11,954 bases of DNA from Promethearchaeati archaeon (lineage in GTDB: Archaea > Asgardarchaeota > Heimdallarchaeia > JABLTI01), in contig JABLTI010000083.1 in the NCBI GenBank assembly GCA_013166835.1, positions 1 through 11,954 on the forward strand, given 5' to 3'. The notes beneath the pieces were generated by a model. It saw nothing but the letters and a program-made list of their open reading frames with translations, was not told the DNA's origin and searched no databases. Positions 7,777 to 11,954 of this stretch are shown here, piece by piece (within the stretch, counting starts at the first letter, position 1; every line of letters begins with the position of its first letter). A program made the position numbers and the translations under genes.

Positions 7777-9171
7777 TCAGTTACTTAGTGTTTGTGTTTT
7801 TCCACGTTGTAATACTTGCCCAGTTCCAGATTGAGCGATGATTTTTCTATCTTTGTAAACTATTTCTCCTCGGCGTATTGTAATCTGTGGCCAACCAGTG
7901 TGCTTTTGACCATCATACATTGAGAAACCGGCTTGAGAATGCATATCAGCATCCTTTATCACACGTTCTTCTTTTGGATCCCAAATGACCAAATCAGCAT
8001 CAGAACCTACTTGGATAGCACCTTTCTTAGGATATAGACCAAAAAGTTTTGCTACATTTGTTGATGTTAATTCAACAAATTTTTCTAATGTAATTTTACC
8101 TTTTAAGACTGCTTTAGAATGTAGCATTGGCAACATTACTTGTAATTCATTAATTCCGGGAACTAGTTTGCTAATATTTAGGTCAGGATTCAGTTTCTGC
8201 TCTCGAGTATGTGGTGCATGATCAGTGGCGATTGTATGAATAGAACCTTGTTGTACTCCTTTCCATAGTGCTTTCACATCACTTTTCTCTCGAAGGGGTG
8301 GTTGAACTACATATAGTGCACCTTCTGGTTTGAGGTATTCCTCTCGAGTAAGATACAAGAAAATAGGTCGTCCCTCAACATAAACTGGTAATGAGCGTTT
8401 CTGAGCTTCCTCGCAAACTTGGAGGGCTCCCTTAGAAGATAAATGAACGACATAGATTGGAGCACCGGTTTCTTCACACATCTCAACTGCTTTTTGTGTA
8501 GCGACTACTTCTGAGATGACTGGTCGACTATCAGCATAATTTTTAAGAGAACCTTTTCCTTCAGCTATCATCTTCTCACTTGTTTCTTTGATGATTGTAT
8601 TATCCTCACAATGAATCATCGAAAGCATATTAGCATCTTTTGCTGCTTGGATAGCTTTAAGGTAATCACCTGAGTTTGCATCAAAGTCATCAGTAACCAT
8701 GAAAATCTTGATGGTAGAACAACCTTTTTCTGCTAGTTGTGGAATCTCTGCAAGCTTTTCTTCTGTTAAATTAAATAACACTGGATGAATCATAATATCA
8801 GCAATAGCTTCCTTTTGAATGGTTTTCGATTCGCGTTCTAATGTACCAAGGGGTGTTTCTTCTTGATCCGGAACAGAAATGCAACCTAGAGTAGTTATCC
8901 CACCTGCAAGAGCTGCTTTTGAACCACTCTCAAAATCATCGGACCAACGAAATTCCTTAGGAACATAATCAGGTAGAGAGAGATGGACATGGGGATCTAT
9001 TCCACCAGGTAAAATGAGTAATCCTTTTGCATCAATCTCTTGTTCCTTATCTTCAGATTTTTTCAGTTTGAAACCTATTTCCGTTATTTTTTCTCCAACA
9101 ATTCGAATGTCTGCTTTGTATTGTTTGGTGTCAGTAACTATTGAACCATTTCTAAGAATGATATTACTCAT
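7777..9171 (-). CDS. Dihydropyrimidinase/hydantoinase-like cyclic amidohydrolase (substrate uncertain)
   Basis: All binuclear-metal ligands are present: PGGIDPHVH, K155 (TIKIFM), HCED, VVHLSS, TDHAP (D317). Also AALAGGITT and AKLFGLYPKKGAIQVGSDADLVIWDP. GGTTGGGA RBS-like sequence upstream. Confidence 0.9.
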   Translation of the reverse strand: MSNIILRNGSIVTDTKQYKADIRIVGEKITEIGFKLKKSEDKEQEIDAKGLLILPGGIDPHVHLSLPDYVPKEFRWSDDFESGSKAALAGGITTLGCISVPDQEETPLGTLERESKTIQKEAIADIMIHPVLFNLTEEKLAEIPQLAEKGCSTIKIFMVTDDFDANSGDYLKAIQAAKDANMLSMIHCEDNTIIKETSEKMIAEGKGSLKNYADSRPVISEVVATQKAVEMCEETGAPIYVVHLSSKGALQVCEEAQKRSLPVYVEGRPIFLYLTREEYLKPEGALYVVQPPLREKSDVKALWKGVQQGSIHTIATDHAPHTREQKLNPDLNISKLVPGINELQVMLPMLHSKAVLKGKITLEKFVELTSTNVAKLFGLYPKKGAIQVGSDADLVIWDPKEERVIKDADMHSQAGFSMYDGQKHTGWPQITIRRGEIVYKDRKIIAQSGTGQVLQRGKTQTLSN

Positions 9172-9325
9172 GAATCAATCCCAACCAACTGAATTACCTT
9201 ACATAGGATTTTGAAAATTAATGTATCTTTTGGAAAATTTAGCTATTTAGATATCCGAGAGCTAACACATTTCTTTTATCTCTTTAACTCAATAAATGAC
9301 TAATTAACTTGGGAGATATTTTACA

Positions 9326-10210
9326 ATGGAAATTTTTAATGTAACAAAAAACATAGTTGTTGCTAATACATCAAATATAGGAAGTAATATTGTTTGTGTA
9401 AACACTACTGATGGTCTCATCTTTGTTGATACAGGACTAATAGTTGAAGAAGTAAAGAAATTCAGACAAGATATGGAAAAGAAATTTGGGAAGAAGACTA
9501 TTTCTCTAATTTTAACTCATGCGCATCAAGACCACATATTCGGGATGAAATCATTTTTTGATGTTCCAATTATAGCAACTCAAAAGTGCAAGGAAAAGAT
9601 CAAAGAGAGATTAGCTACTGATTTCGCTGGTGATGGTATTAGAAAAATTTTAAATAATTATTCAGAATTCAAAGAGTATTTCGCTAATATGGGTATATCG
9701 GAAGACGAAATAGCAGAAGTTGTGAATCAAACAGATATTGTTGTTGAAATTCCTCAAAAGGATTTCACAAAGGAATTAGCAATTGGAACTAAAGAAAATA
9801 AAATAATCATCACAATCTCCGGTGGTCACTCACTTGATTCAGCGACTGTTTATCTTCCTTCTGAAAAAGTTCTCATAACTGGTGATGAATTTTACCATTC
9901 ACAAGTTCCATTATTGGCAGGAGCACCAGAGAGTCACGAAAATTGGTTGAAGGCACTCAAGAGCTGGGAGAAATTAGATGTGGACATTGTTATTCCAGGA
10001 CATGGTTCTCCTATTGATTTTGAGTATGTAACGAATGCAAGGAAATTTGTTGAAAAAACCTTCAAAATTGTGAGAGAACTAAAAGAGAAAAATGTCAAAG
10101 TGGATGAAGTAATCAAAGACAAGAGATTAAAGGAATATTATGGAAAATCCAATTGGAAAGATCCATCTTGGTGGAAAGAATCACTGAAAGCACTATATCA
10201 AATATTATGA
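9326..10210 (+). CDS. MBL-fold metallo-hydrolase (cyclase/glyoxalase II-like)
   Basis: VDTG, THAHQDH, GGHS, TGD and PGHG motifs. GGGAGA RBS, and TTTTATC TATA-like element at 9274-9280. Confidence 0.9.
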   Translation: MEIFNVTKNIVVANTSNIGSNIVCVNTTDGLIFVDTGLIVEEVKKFRQDMEKKFGKKTISLILTHAHQDHIFGMKSFFDVPIIATQKCKEKIKERLATDFAGDGIRKILNNYSEFKEYFANMGISEDEIAEVVNQTDIVVEIPQKDFTKELAIGTKENKIIITISGGHSLDSATVYLPSEKVLITGDEFYHSQVPLLAGAPESHENWLKALKSWEKLDVDIVIPGHGSPIDFEYVTNARKFVEKTFKIVRELKEKNVKVDEVIKDKRLKEYYGKSNWKDPSWWKESLKALYQIL

Positions 10211-10223
10211 GAGAAAAAATGAA

Positions 10224-10254
10224 GATTTTGTCAATCGGTATTTTTGACAAAATC
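10224..10254. terminator. Perfect 11-bp inverted repeat between convergent genes, possible bidirectional terminator
   Basis: GATTTTGTCAA (10224-10234), 9-nt loop, TTGACAAAATC (10244-10254). Confidence 0.55.
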
Positions 10255-11134
10255 ACTTTCGACGTCTTCTAATTATAACAGATACAATTATGATTGCACT
10301 AAAAGCTGCGAATGAAATATAACACTCGAATCCAGGTAATCCAACAGGTTTATCGAAGTAAAACGCAGGAAGAGCATATCCATTAATCGTTACTTCTTGA
10401 TTCAGTATCATTTCAAAATTTTGACCTTCAATAACACCGTCATAATCTAATTCAAGTCGATATCCTTGCATAACACCTGTAGTTTTATCAAAGGCAATTT
10501 TGAATCGTTCATAACCCTCTAGCAAGAAATTGTAAGGTGCAGTATAGTTAAGAGTTCCATCAACTATCCAGTCAAAAATCGCAACAGTTCCAGTTTCATC
10601 AAAATTTCCATCTATTTGAGTGAAAGTATGTCTTGGATCAGCAGCAATTGGAGACCAATACGATGAATTCGCATAAAATCTAAAGTGATCGAGGATAGCA
10701 TGTGCAGTATCAAAGAAGAAATAAAAATGCACAGTAGGTCCTAAATCAACAGTTTCTTGCGACCAAGTAGTAGCATAAACCACAGCATGCTGAACTATGT
10801 ATAATAGTAGAGATCCTAATTGAAACAAATCAGTATCATCATTTTGATATGCAAAAACAAATGATCCTACAGTTAAATTCCATGAAACACTAGTGTCGGG
10901 AATAACATCTGTTACTTCTACTGTGAAGCTTGTTCCCTCATCATAGGAATCCAAAACAATTAGGCATTTTGATACTGAACCACTATTATCACCAAGTTTG
11001 ATACTCCAATTTGAAGTATTCACGTTATAGGTAAAAGTCTCGCCAATAGAGACTTGATAATCCCCTTGTACTAATGTTGTACTTAGGATTAAGGCTATTA
11101 CAAATGTTGGTATTAGAATATTTATTTTCCTCAT
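10253..11134 (-). CDS. Cell-surface protein with signal peptide and PGF-TM-basic anchor (resembles Asgard 'choice-of-anchor S'-type proteins)
   Basis: Start moved to ATG 11134 (MRKINILIPTFVIALILSTTLVQG), because the track's GTG at 11146 lies inside the GGGGTG RBS. Mature N-terminus DYQVSIGETFTYNV, internal motif FDKTTGVMQGYRL, C-terminus LPGF-hydrophobic-RRRRK. The family name is from recollection, not from a search. Confidence 0.8.
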   Translation of the reverse strand: MRKINILIPTFVIALILSTTLVQGDYQVSIGETFTYNVNTSNWSIKLGDNSGSVSKCLIVLDSYDEGTSFTVEVTDVIPDTSVSWNLTVGSFVFAYQNDDTDLFQLGSLLLYIVQHAVVYATTWSQETVDLGPTVHFYFFFDTAHAILDHFRFYANSSYWSPIAADPRHTFTQIDGNFDETGTVAIFDWIVDGTLNYTAPYNFLLEGYERFKIAFDKTTGVMQGYRLELDYDGVIEGQNFEMILNQEVTINGYALPAFYFDKPVGLPGFECYISFAAFSAIIIVSVIIRRRRK

Positions 11135-11147
11135 ATTTAGGCCCACC

Positions 11148-11170
11148 CCAAATATACAGAAAATATTTGG
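11148..11170. promoter_or_regulatory. 8-bp inverted repeat in divergent intergenic region, candidate operator or 5' UTR hairpin
   Basis: CCAAATAT-acagaaa-ATATTTGG, immediately upstream of the RBS of the surface-protein gene. Confidence 0.3.
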
Positions 11171-11242
11171 TATTTGAATTCATTTACTTTTCGGAATTTT
11201 TATGACTAATATTAATATAGTTAGAAATAATTCGTGATTATT

Positions 11243-11848
11243 ATGAGCAATGTAAAACAAAAGTTTCTACTGGAACCATCAACGCAAATTAAATCAGAAC
11301 GATTAATAATTAGAAAATATGAAAGCGGTGATGGAAAAGGTTTATTTGATTTGTTAGAACGAAATGATAATAGAATTTTCCTAAAAGATCATGTTGATGA
11401 AGCAACAGATGTGAAATCATTAGAGGATGCAGAAATAAGGGTAAGAACGTTAGCTTCGTTTTGGGAAGCTAGAAGTCGATTTGTTATGGGAATTTGGTTA
11501 AAGAAAAATAAAGTGTATATTGGGAATATTTGGATTGAACCAAAACACTGGGAAGTACCTTCCTTTGAGATTGGCTATTTTCTTGATCAAGGTTATATAG
11601 GCAAGGGTTATGCAACAGAAGCGACCAAAAGATCAGTTGAATTTATTTTTGAAGAATTGAATGCTCACAAAGTTATTCTGATAACTCGAGACACCAATGA
11701 ACGAAGCTTCAAGTTAGCAGAACGAATGAATTTTGTTAAAGAAGGTCATTTTAGAGAGAGTAATAAAGAAAACGAACGCCGATTTGGTCTACTCTATTAT
11801 GGGTTACTGAAAGAAGAATATGAAAAGCTATTCAAAGGAAAATTATAG
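11243..11848 (+). CDS. GNAT N-acetyltransferase, RimJ/RimL family
   Basis: IKSERLIIR, FEIGYFL, YIGKGYATEA, NERSFKLAERMNFVKEGHFRE. ATG 11243 is preferred, with GTG 11234 as the alternative. TTTTTATG TATA-like element at 11197-11204. Confidence 0.9.
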   Translation: MSNVKQKFLLEPSTQIKSERLIIRKYESGDGKGLFDLLERNDNRIFLKDHVDEATDVKSLEDAEIRVRTLASFWEARSRFVMGIWLKKNKVYIGNIWIEPKHWEVPSFEIGYFLDQGYIGKGYATEATKRSVEFIFEELNAHKVILITRDTNERSFKLAERMNFVKEGHFRESNKENERRFGLLYYGLLKEEYEKLFKGKL

Positions 11849-11954
11849 GTAAAAATAGTTTTTATTATTTGAAATGCGAAAGCTTTTTACTAGCTCACAC
11901 TTTTTCCTTAGTTATGATTCGTTTAGCCTGTATTCAAATTGCACCTGTTTTTCT

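Noticed and set aside
1987-10122. Short antisense ORFs (1987..2208, 2313..2600, 3579..3812, 4232..4462, 4303..4488, 7289..7477, 7985..8221, 9014..9214, 9934..10122)
   Set aside because: All overlap well-supported longer genes on the opposite strand and show no recognisable motifs.
9326-10210. Metallo-beta-lactamase antibiotic-resistance gene
   Set aside because: HxHxDH marks the fold only. There is no signal peptide or B1-type Cys ligand, and the motif set fits generic cytoplasmic MBL hydrolases.
11912-11953. Possible 3' end of a minus-strand gene entering from the right edge (...EKQVQFEYRLNES*)
   Set aside because: Only 13 codons are visible, which is not enough to support a call without flanking sequence.
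1-11954. CRISPR array, tRNA/rRNA, IS element or prophage
   Set aside because: Intergenic gaps are all under about 260 nt and AT-rich. I saw no spaced direct repeats, cloverleaf-like GC-rich segments, transposase or integrase.

Overview
An AT-rich, gene-dense window that looks archaeal: GGTGA/GGAGG ribosome-binding sites, TTTTAT-type TATA boxes and PGF-TM-basic C-terminal anchors. It most resembles an Asgard (Heimdallarchaeia-like) genome, but that is an inference. There are eight genes. The first is missing from the ORF track because it runs off the left edge: a minus-strand CDS from ATG 1683 to beyond position 1 (>=561 aa, translated by hand). It joins a 20-cysteine DnaJ/SSUH2-type zinc-finger array, an SSUH2-like beta region, two TM helices and an apparently degenerate P-loop GTPase-like domain, and is the most unusual element here. 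The remaining genes are a divergent HEAT-like repeat + CxxC protein, two tandem surface-anchored proteases (M6-like metzincin and C11 clostripain family), a dihydropyrimidinase-like amidohydrolase with altered substrate-binding residues, an MBL-fold hydrolase, a PGF-anchored surface protein and a RimJ/RimL GNAT. I saw no RNA genes, CRISPR arrays or mobile elements.
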